From an uncultured Aliarcobacter sp. (lineage in GTDB: Bacteria > Campylobacterota > Campylobacteria > Campylobacterales > Arcobacteraceae), in assembly GCA_963664305.2 (NCBI GenBank), contig CAXXLV010000002.1:1632001-1696000 (forward strand): a stretch of DNA of 64,000 nt. The letters are read 5' to 3'. Below the pieces are notes generated by a model. The model did no database searches. It saw only the letters and a list, made by a program, of their open reading frames with translations, and had not been told where the DNA came from. A program made the position numbers and the translations under genes. Below are positions 18,750-29,508 of this stretch, in pieces; position 1 is the stretch's first letter, and each line of letters starts with the position of its first letter.

Positions 18750-19727
18750 TTAATTTCTTCTTTGCCCAGCTTTTGGAGCACTTACATCTTTTTGTAAATC
18801 TACACTCAAATTATTATAAAAAAGTTCACCATAATTTGTCTCACGATTTATAGTTTCATAGGCTTGTTTTATGTCATTACTATATTTTAAAGCATCTTGT
18901 AAAATCTTTATTATCTTTACAGATTCTAAAAAGTTCACATGAGATGGAGCTTCAATAGGTGAACTATAATATTTATGCATTCTTTCAACTAATGATTTAT
19001 TTCTAATTTCAATAAAAACTGATTCAATTGGAGATTTAAAAAATAGAATTTTTTGTTTTACATTTATTGAAATATATGTAGTTTCCATTCCATATATTTT
19101 TCTTGAGAAAGAATCAAATAAAAATAGTTTTTTATTGTAATTATTATTGAATAGTTCATAAATCAATTCAAGAATTTTTATTTTTTCTTCTTTTGTATAA
19201 AAGTTTCCAATACTAGCAAAACAAAATGATAAAATTGATTTTATTGAATACCATTCAGTTGTATCGTAGTCATATCTTAGCATTTGGTCAATTCTTGCTT
19301 GCTTTAATTCTTCAATATCTGGACTCGTAGAACTTTTGTACACTTTCTGTACAGCAGAATCTCTATACATAGGTCCTGGAAACTGCGCTTGAATTACAAA
19401 TCTTCTGTTTTTTTCCATTTCCATTATATATTTTAATCTACCGTAATAGTCTTCATCTATAATTCTTACTTCTTTTTGAGGAATTTGTGTAATAGATTTT
19501 AAAAACTCTTCACCATAACATCCCTCTTCCCAAATATAATCAGGATATCTAAAAATCTGACAAATTTTATCTTTAATATCTTTATTTGGTTCAATATCAG
19601 TTACATTATCAATCCACGATGTAACAGTTCTTCTATCCTTATTTATCATTGAAGCAAACTTTGAAATACTCAAATTTGATCTTTTAAATATCTCTATAAA
19701 TTTTTCTATTGAATTTTTATAATTCAT
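18750..19727 (-). CDS. Putative transcriptional regulator (N-terminal XRE-like HTH), divergent from the prp operon
   Basis: LSISKFASMINKDRRTVTSWID looks like an HTH; the C-terminal domain is not recognised. Confidence 0.5.
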   Translation of the reverse strand: MNYKNSIEKFIEIFKRSNLSISKFASMINKDRRTVTSWIDNVTDIEPNKDIKDKICQIFRYPDYIWEEGCYGEEFLKSITQIPQKEVRIIDEDYYGRLKYIMEMEKNRRFVIQAQFPGPMYRDSAVQKVYKSSTSPDIEELKQARIDQMLRYDYDTTEWYSIKSILSFCFASIGNFYTKEEKIKILELIYELFNNNYNKKLFLFDSFSRKIYGMETTYISINVKQKILFFKSPIESVFIEIRNKSLVERMHKYYSSPIEAPSHVNFLESVKIIKILQDALKYSNDIKQAYETINRETNYGELFYNNLSVDLQKDVSAPKAGQRRN

Positions 19728-19751
19728 AATGCACCTTCAAGTTAATATGTT

Positions 19752-19874
19752 CAAATATTGTACCATTTTTTATCATAAAAAACAAATATTGTACATTTAT
19801 TATTTTTTGTAAAATAAATTGCAATTTATCTTCCAAAAATCATACAATCCTTGTATGTATAAATCATGTATAAT
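19752..19874. promoter_or_regulatory. Operator-like repeats and -10 box in the regulator/prpB divergent region
   Basis: Direct repeat CAAATATTGTAC at 19752 and 19783; palindrome ATAAATTGCAATTTAT at 19814-19829; inverted repeat CATACAA-tcc-TTGTATG at 19841-19857; TATAAT at 19869-19874. Confidence 0.5.
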
Positions 19875-19903
19875 GACATTCAACTTAAATTTAAAGGATG
19901 TGT

Positions 19904-20788
19904 ATGAGCGCAGGAAAAAAATTTAGAGAAGCCTTAAAACAAGAGTCTCCTTTACAAATCGTAGGAACAATTAATGCTTACCAAGCATTACAAGCTACAA
20001 AAGTAGGACACAAAGCTATCTACTTATCAGGTGGAGGTATTGCAAATGCTTCTTACGGTTTACCAGACTTAGGTATGACAATGATTGAAGACGTATGTAT
20101 TGATATTAGAAGAATTACTTCTATTTGTGATACTCCATTAATCGTTGATGCTGATACTGGTTGGGGACATGCATTTAATGTTGCTAGAACAGTTAAAGAA
20201 TTTATTAGATCTGGTGCTGCTGGTATGCATATTGAAGATCAAGTTGCTGCAAAAAGATGTGGACACAGACCAAATAAAGAATTAGTTTCTACTGAAGAAA
20301 TGTGTGACAGAATTAGAGCAGCAGTTGATGCTAAAATGCAATTAGACCCAGATTTCTACATCATTGCTAGAACTGATGCACATGCATCTGAAGGTCAAGA
20401 AGCTGCAATCGCTAGAGCTAAAGCTTACGTTGAAGCTGGAGCAGACGCAATTTTTGCTGAAGCAGTTCACACTTTAAAAGAATACAAAGAATTTACAGAG
20501 CAAATGAGCGTTCCAGTACTTGCAAATATTACTGAGTTTGGTGCTACACCATTATTCACAACTGAAGAATTAGCATCTGTTGGTATTGCAATGGTTTTAT
20601 ATCCATTATCAGCATTTAGAGCAATGAACAAAGCTGCTTTAGCTGTATACCAAGAATTAAAAGATAAAGGTACACAAGAAGGTGTTCTTAATACAATGCA
20701 AACAAGAATGGAATTATACGATATGTTAAATTACCATGCTTATGAGCAAAAAATGGATGAATTATTTTCAAAAGGTAAAGCTAAATAA
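19904..20788 (+). CDS. prpB: 2-methylisocitrate lyase
   Basis: [36 protein letters not shown]; the AAGGA RBS favours the ATG at 19904. Confidence 0.95.
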   Translation: MSAGKKFREALKQESPLQIVGTINAYQALQATKVGHKAIYLSGGGIANASYGLPDLGMTMIEDVCIDIRRITSICDTPLIVDADTGWGHAFNVARTVKEFIRSGAAGMHIEDQVAAKRCGHRPNKELVSTEEMCDRIRAAVDAKMQLDPDFYIIARTDAHASEGQEAAIARAKAYVEAGADAIFAEAVHTLKEYKEFTEQMSVPVLANITEFGATPLFTTEELASVGIAMVLYPLSAFRAMNKAALAVYQELKDKGTQEGVLNTMQTRMELYDMLNYHAYEQKMDELFSKGKAK

Positions 20789-20839
20789 TTTTAGCTTTAC
20801 AAAAAACAAAATTTGAATAAATAAAACTAAGGAGAAAAT

Positions 20840-21949
20840 ATGGGTGGATTAGCAGGTGTTACAGCTGGAAGTTCAGCAATTTGTACATGTGGATTAGGAA
20901 ATGGTTTAAATTATAGAGGATATGCAATTCAAGATTTAGCTTTAAAAGCAAATTTTGAAGAAGTAGCATATTTATTATTAGTTGGTGAATTACCAAATAA
21001 AGCTCAATTAAAAGATTTCACTAGAAAAATCATTGCAGGAAGAGAATTACCAATTTCTGTTAAAAATGTTTTAAAATCAATTCCAGCTTCTTCTCATCCA
21101 ATGGATGTTATGAAAACAGCTACTTCAGCTTTAGGTTGTGTTGAACCAGAAGCAGAAGATTTTTCTGACCAAATGGCTAAAATCATTAGATTATTAGGTG
21201 CTTTCCCATCATTTTTAGTTTACTGGCACCACTGGCACAAAAATGGTAAAGAAATCGAATTAAAATCTGAAGAAACTACAATTGCTGGTTATATCTTAGA
21301 AAGATTAAAAGAGACTAAACCATTAGCTGTTGAAGTAAAAGCTATGAACGCTATGTTAACTTTATATGCTGAGCACGAATTTAATGCATCTACTTTTGCA
21401 AACAGAATTACAGCTTCTACATTATCAGACATCTACTCTTGTATGACAACTGGTATTGGTACTTTAAAAGGTCACTTACATGGTGGAGCTAACGAAGTTG
21501 CTATCAAATTCGTATTACAATTCGACAATGTTGAGCATGCATTAAAATCAGTTGATGAATTATTTGCTAAAAAAGAAAAAATCATGGGATTCGGACACAG
21601 AGTATACAGAAATGTAGACCCAAGATCTCCAGTTGGATTTGAATTAGCAAACGAATTAAAAGAGTTAGAAACTTCTGACCCTAAATTATTTGATATTGCA
21701 AAAGCTATCAGAGACAAAGTAAAAGCTGAAAAAGGTTTACCAGATAATATCGACTTCTTCGGTGGATTAATTTACCACTACATGGAAATCGAAAGATTAT
21801 ACTATACACCATTATTCATTATGTCAAGAGCTGCTGGATGGGCTGCTCACGCATTTGAACAAAGAGCAAACAACAGAATTATCAGACCAAGTTCAGAGTA
21901 TACTGGACCAGAGCCAAGAGAATTCGTTCCTATGGAAGATAGAAAATAA
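20840..21949 (+). CDS. prpC: 2-methylcitrate synthase
   Basis: YAEHEFNASTF, LHGGANE, IMGFGHRVY, NRIIRPS; prp operon context. Confidence 0.92.
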   Translation: MGGLAGVTAGSSAICTCGLGNGLNYRGYAIQDLALKANFEEVAYLLLVGELPNKAQLKDFTRKIIAGRELPISVKNVLKSIPASSHPMDVMKTATSALGCVEPEAEDFSDQMAKIIRLLGAFPSFLVYWHHWHKNGKEIELKSEETTIAGYILERLKETKPLAVEVKAMNAMLTLYAEHEFNASTFANRITASTLSDIYSCMTTGIGTLKGHLHGGANEVAIKFVLQFDNVEHALKSVDELFAKKEKIMGFGHRVYRNVDPRSPVGFELANELKELETSDPKLFDIAKAIRDKVKAEKGLPDNIDFFGGLIYHYMEIERLYYTPLFIMSRAAGWAAHAFEQRANNRIIRPSSEYTGPEPREFVPMEDRK

Positions 21950-22057
21950 TTCTATTTTTAAATTCAAACTTTCAAGTTAAGCTTTAAAAGCTTACTTGAA
22001 AATTGGTGGGCATTTGCCCAAATTCCCATAAAACTATATTAATACGGATATAAAAAT

Positions 22058-24655
22058 ATGACAAACGAAAAATATCTTAAAGACCTTCCAGGTGTTGATG
22101 GTGTTAAGTATTATGATGTTAAATCTGCAGTAGAAGATATCACTGCTGGTTCATTTGCAAAACTTAACTACACTTCAAGAGTATTAGCAGAAAACTTATT
22201 AAGAAAATGTCCTTCTGAAGATTTAAAAGATTCATTAGTACAATTAATTGAAAAAAGAACAGACAAAGATTTCCCTTGGTATCCATCAAGAGTTATTTGT
22301 CACGATATCTTAGGTTTAACTGCATTTGTTGACTTAGCAGGATTAAGAGAAGCTGTTGCTTCAAAAGGTGGAGACCCACTAAAAGTAAATCCAGTAGTAC
22401 CTACTCAATTAATCGTTGACCACTCATTAGCAGTTGAGTGTGGTGGATTTGATCCAGATGCATTCCAAAAAAATAGAGATATCGAAGATAGAAGAAATGC
22501 AGATAGATTCCACTTTATTAACTGGACTAAAGAAGCATTTAATAACGTTGATGTTATTCCTCCAGGTAACGGTATTATGCACCAAATCAACCTTGAGAAA
22601 ATGTCTCCAGTTGTTCACTTAAATGATGGTATTGCATCTCCTGATACATTAGTTGGAACTGACTCACATACTCCTCACGTTGATGCACTTGGTGTTATCG
22701 CTGTTGGTGTTGGTGGATTAGAAGCTGAAAACGTAATGCTTGGAAATCCTTCTTATATGAGGGTTCCTGAAATCATTGGTGTTGAAATCGTAGGAACAAG
22801 AGCTCCTGGAATTACAGCTACTGATATTGCATTATCATTAACTTCTTTCTTAAGAGAAAACAACGTAATTTCTGCATACTTAGAATTCTATGGTTCAGGA
22901 ATCAAATACCTTAACTTAGGTGATAGAGCTACTATTGCAAATATGACTCCTGAATATGGTGCAAGTGCAGGTATGTTCGCTATTGATGACCAAACTATTT
23001 CTTATTTAAGAGTAACAGGTAGAGAAGAAAAACAATGTCAATTAGTTGAAGCTTATGCTAAAGCTAATGGTTTATGGGCAGATGCTTTTGCAGAAGCTAC
23101 ATATGCTAGAACTTTAAAATTTGATTTAACATCAGTTTCAAGATCTTTAGCTGGACCTTCTAAACCACATAAATTAGTACCAACTTCTACTTTAAAAGCT
23201 GAAGGTATTGTAAAAGAGTGGAAACAAGATGGTGATAAAATTCCAGATGGTGGTATTTTAATTGCTGCTATTACTTCTTGTACAAATACTTCAAACCCAA
23301 GAAACGTTATTGCTGCTGGTTTAGTAGCTAAAAAAGCTAACGAACTTGGATTAACAAGAAAACCATGGGTTAAATCTTCATTAGCACCAGGTTCAAAAGT
23401 AATTGAAGTTTATTTAAAAGAAGCTGGATTATTACCTGAATTAGAAAAATTAGGATTCGGTGTAGTTGGTTTTGCATGTACTACTTGTAACGGTATGTCA
23501 GGTGCTTTAGATCCAAAAATCCAACAAGAAGTTATTGATAGAGATATCTATTCAACAGCTGTATTATCTGGAAACAGAAACTTTGATGGAAGAATCCACC
23601 CATACGTAAAAGAAGCATTCTTAGCATCTCCTGCATTAGTTGTTGCATACGCATTAGCTGGAACTGTAAGATTTGATATTGAAAATGATTCTTTAGGTAA
23701 AGATGCTAATGGTAAAGATATTAAATTAGCTGATTTATGGCCAACAGATGCTGAAATTGATGCAATTGAGAAAGAGTATGTAAGACCAGAGATGTATAAA
23801 GCTATTTATGATCCAATGTTTGCAAGAAATGGATTAACTGGAACATCAGCATCTCCATTCTACAAATGGAATACTCAATCAACATATATTAACAAACCTC
23901 CTTATTGGGAAGATGAATATATGCAAATGCCAGCATTAAAAAATATGAGACCATTAGGGGTATTCCCAGATAATATCACTACTGACCACTTATCTCCATC
24001 TAATGCGATTTTACCAACGTCTGCGTCTGGTGAATATTGTTTAAAAATGGGATTACCAGTAGAAGACTTAAACTCTTATGCAACACATAGAGGGGATCAC
24101 CATACAGCTTCAAGAGCTACTTTAGCTAACCCTAAATTATTTAACGAAATGGTTAAAAAAGAAGATGGTTCAGTTAAACAAGGTTCTTTAACAAAAATTA
24201 TGCCTGAAGGTAAAGAATCTAGAATGTGGGAAGCTATAGAAGAGTACACAAATAGAAAACAACCTTTAATCATCATTGCTGGAACTAACTATGGTCAAGG
24301 GTCTTCTAGAGACTGGGCTGCAAAAGGTGTAAGACTTGCAGGTGTTGAAGTTTTAATTGCTGAGTCAATTGAAAGAATTCACAGAACTAACTTAGTTGGA
24401 ATGGGTGTATTACCATTACAATTCAAAGATGGTGACACAAGACATACTTATGCAATCGATGGATCTGAAACTTTTGACATCGAAGGTGAAATCACTCCAA
24501 GATGTGACTTAACTGTTGTTATGACAAGAGCAAATGGTGAAGTTGTTAAATTCCCTGTAACTTGTAGATTAGATACTTCTGCTGAAGTTGATGTTTACAA
24601 AAATGGTGGAATCTTACAAAAATTCGCTAAAGATGTTATTGCATCTTCAAAATAA
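22058..24655 (+). CDS. acnD: Fe/S-dependent 2-methylcitrate dehydratase
   Basis: CHDILG, DSHTPH, AAITSCTNTSNPRN, ACTTCNGMSGAL, YGQGSSRDWAAKG; lies between prpC and prpF. Confidence 0.93.
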   Translation: MTNEKYLKDLPGVDGVKYYDVKSAVEDITAGSFAKLNYTSRVLAENLLRKCPSEDLKDSLVQLIEKRTDKDFPWYPSRVICHDILGLTAFVDLAGLREAVASKGGDPLKVNPVVPTQLIVDHSLAVECGGFDPDAFQKNRDIEDRRNADRFHFINWTKEAFNNVDVIPPGNGIMHQINLEKMSPVVHLNDGIASPDTLVGTDSHTPHVDALGVIAVGVGGLEAENVMLGNPSYMRVPEIIGVEIVGTRAPGITATDIALSLTSFLRENNVISAYLEFYGSGIKYLNLGDRATIANMTPEYGASAGMFAIDDQTISYLRVTGREEKQCQLVEAYAKANGLWADAFAEATYARTLKFDLTSVSRSLAGPSKPHKLVPTSTLKAEGIVKEWKQDGDKIPDGGILIAAITSCTNTSNPRNVIAAGLVAKKANELGLTRKPWVKSSLAPGSKVIEVYLKEAGLLPELEKLGFGVVGFACTTCNGMSGALDPKIQQEVIDRDIYSTAVLSGNRNFDGRIHPYVKEAFLASPALVVAYALAGTVRFDIENDSLGKDANGKDIKLADLWPTDAEIDAIEKEYVRPEMYKAIYDPMFARNGLTGTSASPFYKWNTQSTYINKPPYWEDEYMQMPALKNMRPLGVFPDNITTDHLSPSNAILPTSASGEYCLKMGLPVEDLNSYATHRGDHHTASRATLANPKLFNEMVKKEDGSVKQGSLTKIMPEGKESRMWEAIEEYTNRKQPLIIIAGTNYGQGSSRDWAAKGVRLAGVEVLIAESIERIHRTNLVGMGVLPLQFKDGDTRHTYAIDGSETFDIEGEITPRCDLTVVMTRANGEVVKFPVTCRLDTSAEVDVYKNGGILQKFAKDVIASSK

Positions 24656-24760
24656 TTAAATATCTAAAAAGCATCTTATGATGCTTTTTAGTTCTAAAAC
24701 TTAACTAGAGAAATCAAAGATTTTTTTATTTAATTTTTAAAATTTAAAAAGGAGAAACGA

Positions 24761-25936
24761 ATGGCATATCAACCACAATTTAAAGTTAAAGCTACATATA
24801 TGAGAGGTGGTACTTCAAAAGGAACATTCTTTAATATTGCAGATTTACCAAAAGAAGCACAAGAAGATTCAAGAAAAAGAGATAAATTATTACAAAGAAT
24901 CGTAGGTTCTCCAGACGTTTATAAACAACAAATGGATGGAATGGGAGGAGCAACTTCAAGTACATCTAAAGCTATTTTAGTTGGAAAATCAACTGTTCCA
25001 AATCATGATGTAGATTACTATTTCTGTCAAGTTGCAATTGATAAAGATTTCGTTGATATGAGTGGAAACTGTGGTAATTTAAGTTCTGCAGTTGGACCTT
25101 TTGCTATTAAAGAAGGATTAGTTGATAATGTACCTGAAAATGGTGTTTGTTGTGTAAGAATTTGGCAAGCAAATATCAAAAAAACTATTTTATGTTATGT
25201 AAAAATGGAAAATGGAATGGTTAAAGAAATGGGAGATTACTATATTGATGGTGTTGCTTTCCCAGCTGAAGAAATCGTTTTAGAATTTGCTGAGCCTGTT
25301 GATCCAAGTGAAGAATTATTCCCAACTGGAAATTTAGTAGATGATTTAGAAGTTCCAGGAATTGGTACATTTAAAGCAACTATGATTACTGCAGGAATTC
25401 CAACTTGTTTTGTTAACGCTGCTGATATTGGATATAAAGGAACTGAGCTTCAAGTTGATATCAATAATGATGCTGAAGCACTTGCTAGATTTGAAGTTAT
25501 TAGATCTTATGCTGCATTAAAAATGGGATTAATTTCTGATTTAAAAGAAGCAGAAACAAGACAACACACTCCAAAAATTGCTTTTGTTGCTCCTAAATCT
25601 GATTTTACTACTTCAAGTGGTAAAGAAGTTAAAGCAGATGAAATAGATTTACATGTAAGAGCATTATCTATGCAAAAATTACACCACGCTATGATGGGAA
25701 CTGCTTCAGTTGCTATTGGTGTTGCTGCTTGTATTCCAGGAACTTTAGTAAACTTAGCTGCTGGTGGTGGAGAAAAAACTGCTGTTGAATTTGGTCACCC
25801 ATCAGGAACTTTAAAAGTTGGTGCAGTTATTAAAGAAGAAAATGGAAAATTTGTTGTTGATAAAGCAACAATGAGTAGAAGTGCAAGAATAATTATGGAA
25901 GGTTATGTTCACGTTCCAGCAGGAACAATGGAATAA
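24761..25936 (+). CDS. prpF: 2-methylaconitate cis-trans isomerase
   Basis: YMRGGTSKG, GNCGNL, LHHAMMGT, GHPSGTL, SRSARIIMEG. Confidence 0.95.
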   Translation: MAYQPQFKVKATYMRGGTSKGTFFNIADLPKEAQEDSRKRDKLLQRIVGSPDVYKQQMDGMGGATSSTSKAILVGKSTVPNHDVDYYFCQVAIDKDFVDMSGNCGNLSSAVGPFAIKEGLVDNVPENGVCCVRIWQANIKKTILCYVKMENGMVKEMGDYYIDGVAFPAEEIVLEFAEPVDPSEELFPTGNLVDDLEVPGIGTFKATMITAGIPTCFVNAADIGYKGTELQVDINNDAEALARFEVIRSYAALKMGLISDLKEAETRQHTPKIAFVAPKSDFTTSSGKEVKADEIDLHVRALSMQKLHHAMMGTASVAIGVAACIPGTLVNLAAGGGEKTAVEFGHPSGTLKVGAVIKEENGKFVVDKATMSRSARIIMEGYVHVPAGTME

Positions 25937-25967
25937 TAATTATTAATTAGTTATTTTTATTAGAAAT

Positions 25968-25998
25968 AAGGTTTAGAAGTAATTTCTAAACCTTTTTT
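25968..25998 (+). terminator. Intrinsic terminator of the prp operon
   Basis: aaggtttagaa / ttctaaacctt stem followed by a T tract. Confidence 0.7.
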
Positions 25999-26053
25999 AT
26001 TTCCTATTAAACATTTTATGATAACATACCAAAAAAAATTTATGGAGTAAATA

Positions 26054-27058
26054 TTGGATAAACAATTCAAATTCAATCCATATGAAGCCCTTAAATCTAT
26101 TCTTGAAATCACTTCATATCATACTGGTGATGAGTTTATTGAACATACTGCAATAGAGATAAAAAAACTTTTCCAAGCAGATTTAGTTTATATTACAAAA
26201 GCTATTGATTTTAATCCAACAACACAAGTCGAAGTAATATATTCAACAAATAATAAAGTTCCAAAAATTATTGACCTAAATGGTATTCCTGGTAAATTTG
26301 TATTTGATAATAAAATTATAAAAATTAAAGAACATGTAAAATACAATTTTTTAGATTTATTAGAAGAAAAGTTTGAAAGTTTTTATGGAATACCAATTAC
26401 TGATGTGAAACAAAATTGCATAGGACATATTGCGATATATTCTTGTAAAATTAGAGAATTACCAAGTGAATTGGATGATATAGCTTTAATTTATTCAAGA
26501 AAAATTGAAAGAGAATTAAGAAGAGTTGCTTTAGAAAATGAAAATTTTCTTATTAGAAAACAATTAGAAGAATTAACTATTACAGATACTCTTACTAATT
26601 TATATAATCGAAGATATTTTGGAAAAGTATGTTCTAATGTTTTTGCCCAGATTAAAAGAGATTTTTTACAAGCAACTTTGGCTTATATAGATATTGATAA
26701 TTTTAAAAGCATAAATGACAAATTTGGACATGATGGTGGAGATTTTGTTCTTAAGTATTTTGCAGATATTTTACTTGAAGAATCAAGAAAAGGTATAGAT
26801 TTTATTTTCAGACTTGGTGGAGAAGAATTCTGTATTATTAGTATAAATACTCCATTAAATTATGCAACAGAATATTTAGAAAGAATTATGAAAACAACAT
26901 CAAATAGATTTTCAAAAACAAAATTTGGTGAAATAACTCTAAGTATAGGATTAGTTGAATTTGATAAAAAATTTGACTCTTATGAAGAGATACTTAGTCT
27001 TGCAGATAAAAAAATGTATACAGCTAAAAATGAAGGAAAAAACTCTATAGTAAAATAG
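26054..27058 (+). CDS. Diguanylate cyclase with a GAF-like sensor domain
   Basis: TDTLTNLYNRR, DIDNFKSINDKFGHDGGD, RLGGEEF; TTG start with a GGAG RBS. Confidence 0.9.
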   Translation: MDKQFKFNPYEALKSILEITSYHTGDEFIEHTAIEIKKLFQADLVYITKAIDFNPTTQVEVIYSTNNKVPKIIDLNGIPGKFVFDNKIIKIKEHVKYNFLDLLEEKFESFYGIPITDVKQNCIGHIAIYSCKIRELPSELDDIALIYSRKIERELRRVALENENFLIRKQLEELTITDTLTNLYNRRYFGKVCSNVFAQIKRDFLQATLAYIDIDNFKSINDKFGHDGGDFVLKYFADILLEESRKGIDFIFRLGGEEFCIISINTPLNYATEYLERIMKTTSNRFSKTKFGEITLSIGLVEFDKKFDSYEEILSLADKKMYTAKNEGKNSIVK

Positions 27059-27064
27059 AAAATT

Positions 27065-27607
27065 CTATTTTACTAAGTTTGAAATCTCTTTAAAACAAGG
27101 ATTTTTTGCATTTAAAGTTAATTCAAATAATAAAGATTCATAAGTCGTTGGGATAACTCCTGCTTGAATCAATCTTTGTAGAGCTATATCAGTATCTCTT
27201 TGTTTTCTAGAGCTACAACAATCAGTTACTAAAACAACTTCTAATCCAGCTTCTATTAAATCAATACAAGTTTGTAAAACACAAACATGCGTTTCAATTC
27301 CTGCAACAATAACTACTTTTTTATCAGCAGCTTTAATTGCCTCCATTGTTGGTTCATTTTGACAACATGAAAAAGTAGTTTTTTCAAATGATGGATAACT
27401 ATCAACCAATTCTTTTAAAGAAGGAATTGTTTCACCTATTCCTTTTTTATATTGTTCATTTACAATAAATGGAACATTTAAAGCTTTTAAACCTTTTACT
27501 AAAATTAGTAAATTTTTTTCTAATTCTTCTTTATTTGAAATGTGTGGAAATAATTTTTCTTGAACATCAACCAAACAAAAAAGTGCATCTTCGACATTTA
27601 TTCTCAT
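27065..27607 (-). CDS. Isochorismatase-family hydrolase
   Basis: VDVQEKL, EKTTFSC, AGIETHVCVLQT. Confidence 0.88.
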   Translation of the reverse strand: MRINVEDALFCLVDVQEKLFPHISNKEELEKNLLILVKGLKALNVPFIVNEQYKKGIGETIPSLKELVDSYPSFEKTTFSCCQNEPTMEAIKAADKKVVIVAGIETHVCVLQTCIDLIEAGLEVVLVTDCCSSRKQRDTDIALQRLIQAGVIPTTYESLLFELTLNAKNPCFKEISNLVK

Positions 27608-27649
27608 TTTATCTCTCCTTAAAATGGTAAAAAATATTCTACAATTCTT

Positions 27650-28588
27650 TTATTTAAAAGCTGTTTTTTCTGCTCTTTCTAATAAATCTTTAGCACCTTG
27701 GTCTATAAAAGTTTGAGCTAAATTTAGCCCTACTTTTTCGAAATCTTTAATATCAGCAGTTATATCTTCACTTAAATATTCACTACCATCAGGCATTCCA
27801 ACGATTGCTTGAACTCTAATAGAATTTTCATCAATGATTGTTGCTTTTACACCTATTGGAACTTGACAACCACCTTGTAATGTATCTACAAAACTTCGCT
27901 CAATTGTTGATTCAATATGAGCATTTTCATCATTTAATACTTTTACAATTTCTAATACTTTTGGGTCATTTGTTGTTTCAATTCCAAGTGTTGCTTGTCC
28001 CATAGAAGGAATCATAACGTCAGTTGAAATTGGATTAAAATATTTAACTTCATTTTCAATTTTTAATTTTTGAATACCAGTTGCTGCTAAGATAATTGCA
28101 TCATATTCGCCTGCATTTAATTTAGCGATTCTAGTATTTATATTTCCTCTTAAATCTTTAAGTACGATATCTGGTCTTAAGATTTTTAAAGCCATTCTTC
28201 TTCTTAAACTTGTAGTTCCTACAACTGCACCTTGAGGTAATTCTTCAATTGAACTATATTTATTACTCAAAATCGCATCTCTTGGGTCAAATCTTTTAGT
28301 AACAGCAGCAAGCATCAAACCATCTTCAAATTGTGTTGGTACATCTTTTAACGAATGAACTGCAAGATGTGCACTTCCTTCTAACATTGCAACTTCTAAC
28401 TCTTTTGTAAATAGTCCTTTACCACCAATTTTAGCTAAAGGAACATCTAATATTTTATCTCCCTTTGTTACAAATTCTTGTAATTCAATTTGCATATCAG
28501 GATAGTGTTCTAAAAGTAGTGATTTTACATATTCACTTTGCCAAAGAGCTAATTGACTTCTTCTTGTTGCTATTACTAATTTTTCCAT
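27650..28588 (-). CDS. hemC: Hydroxymethylbilane synthase
   Basis: ATRRSQLALWQ, GGKGLFTKELE, VHSLKDVP, LRGNINTR, GGCQVPIG. Confidence 0.97.
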   Translation of the reverse strand: MEKLVIATRRSQLALWQSEYVKSLLLEHYPDMQIELQEFVTKGDKILDVPLAKIGGKGLFTKELEVAMLEGSAHLAVHSLKDVPTQFEDGLMLAAVTKRFDPRDAILSNKYSSIEELPQGAVVGTTSLRRRMALKILRPDIVLKDLRGNINTRIAKLNAGEYDAIILAATGIQKLKIENEVKYFNPISTDVMIPSMGQATLGIETTNDPKVLEIVKVLNDENAHIESTIERSFVDTLQGGCQVPIGVKATIIDENSIRVQAIVGMPDGSEYLSEDITADIKDFEKVGLNLAQTFIDQGAKDLLERAEKTAFK

Positions 28589-28607
28589 ATTACCTTCTTA
28601 ATAAAAT

Positions 28608-29441
28608 TTATTTTTTCCCTAAAGTTTCATATTTTTGTCTTGAAGAATCTTTCACTCCATTTATAAAAATAGTTGGTGTCCCTTGAACCATAACTTCTTC
28701 ACCCATTGCAATATCTTTTTGAAGTTTTTCGTTTAATTCTTTTGTATTAATCTCTTCAAGTTTAATATCTGTTTTAAACTCTTTATTAAACGCTTCTAAG
28801 ATTTTTTTCTCATCAGTTGATTTTGCTGTAAAATATGGTTCCCAATCAATTTTGTAAGTTTTTAACTCAACATCTTTTATTCCTTTATGTTTTGCAACTT
28901 CAATAATTTTTGCTAAAGGTGCAGCTGCTGGATGTAATCCAATTAATGGGAAATGATAATAATATAAAGCTACACTATCACTATTTTTATTTACAAAATT
29001 TATAACCTCAGGAACATAATCTATACAAAATGGACATAAAGGATCAGAGAAAATTACAATCTTATCTTTTGCATTTGGATTTCCTGCAATTATTTTTGAT
29101 TTATCATAATATTTATCAGTTAAGTTTGGAGTAACTAAATCTTTTAATGATTTTCCAGTTTTTGCATCAAGTAACTCTAAAGATACATATTTACCATCAC
29201 TAAAAATTATATCTTTTACGTTTACTTCTTTACCTTGAACATTTGCTTTTACATCTAATATATAACCATTCCAACCACTTAAAGGTAACTCTTTTTTCGT
29301 GTTTACTTTTATATCAATAACTTTTACATTTGGATTTTGAGATACTCTTGTTTTTTCGAATTCAACAACAACATCATCATTTGCAAATAATGAAGCTGAT
29401 AATAAAATACTTAGAGATAATATTTTTGAAAGTTTATTCAT
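28608..29441 (-). CDS. Periplasmic thioredoxin-fold (DsbA/DsbC-like) protein
   Basis: Signal peptide, FSDPLCPFC, VQGTPTIFING. Confidence 0.85.
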   Translation of the reverse strand: MNKLSKILSLSILLSASLFANDDVVVEFEKTRVSQNPNVKVIDIKVNTKKELPLSGWNGYILDVKANVQGKEVNVKDIIFSDGKYVSLELLDAKTGKSLKDLVTPNLTDKYYDKSKIIAGNPNAKDKIVIFSDPLCPFCIDYVPEVINFVNKNSDSVALYYYHFPLIGLHPAAAPLAKIIEVAKHKGIKDVELKTYKIDWEPYFTAKSTDEKKILEAFNKEFKTDIKLEEINTKELNEKLQKDIAMGEEVMVQGTPTIFINGVKDSSRQKYETLGKK

Positions 29442-29508
29442 TTATTTTTTTCCTTTTTTAAAGCTTTGCGCTAGTCTATCTATTTTATATTAATCAAAAG
29501 TTAATATT

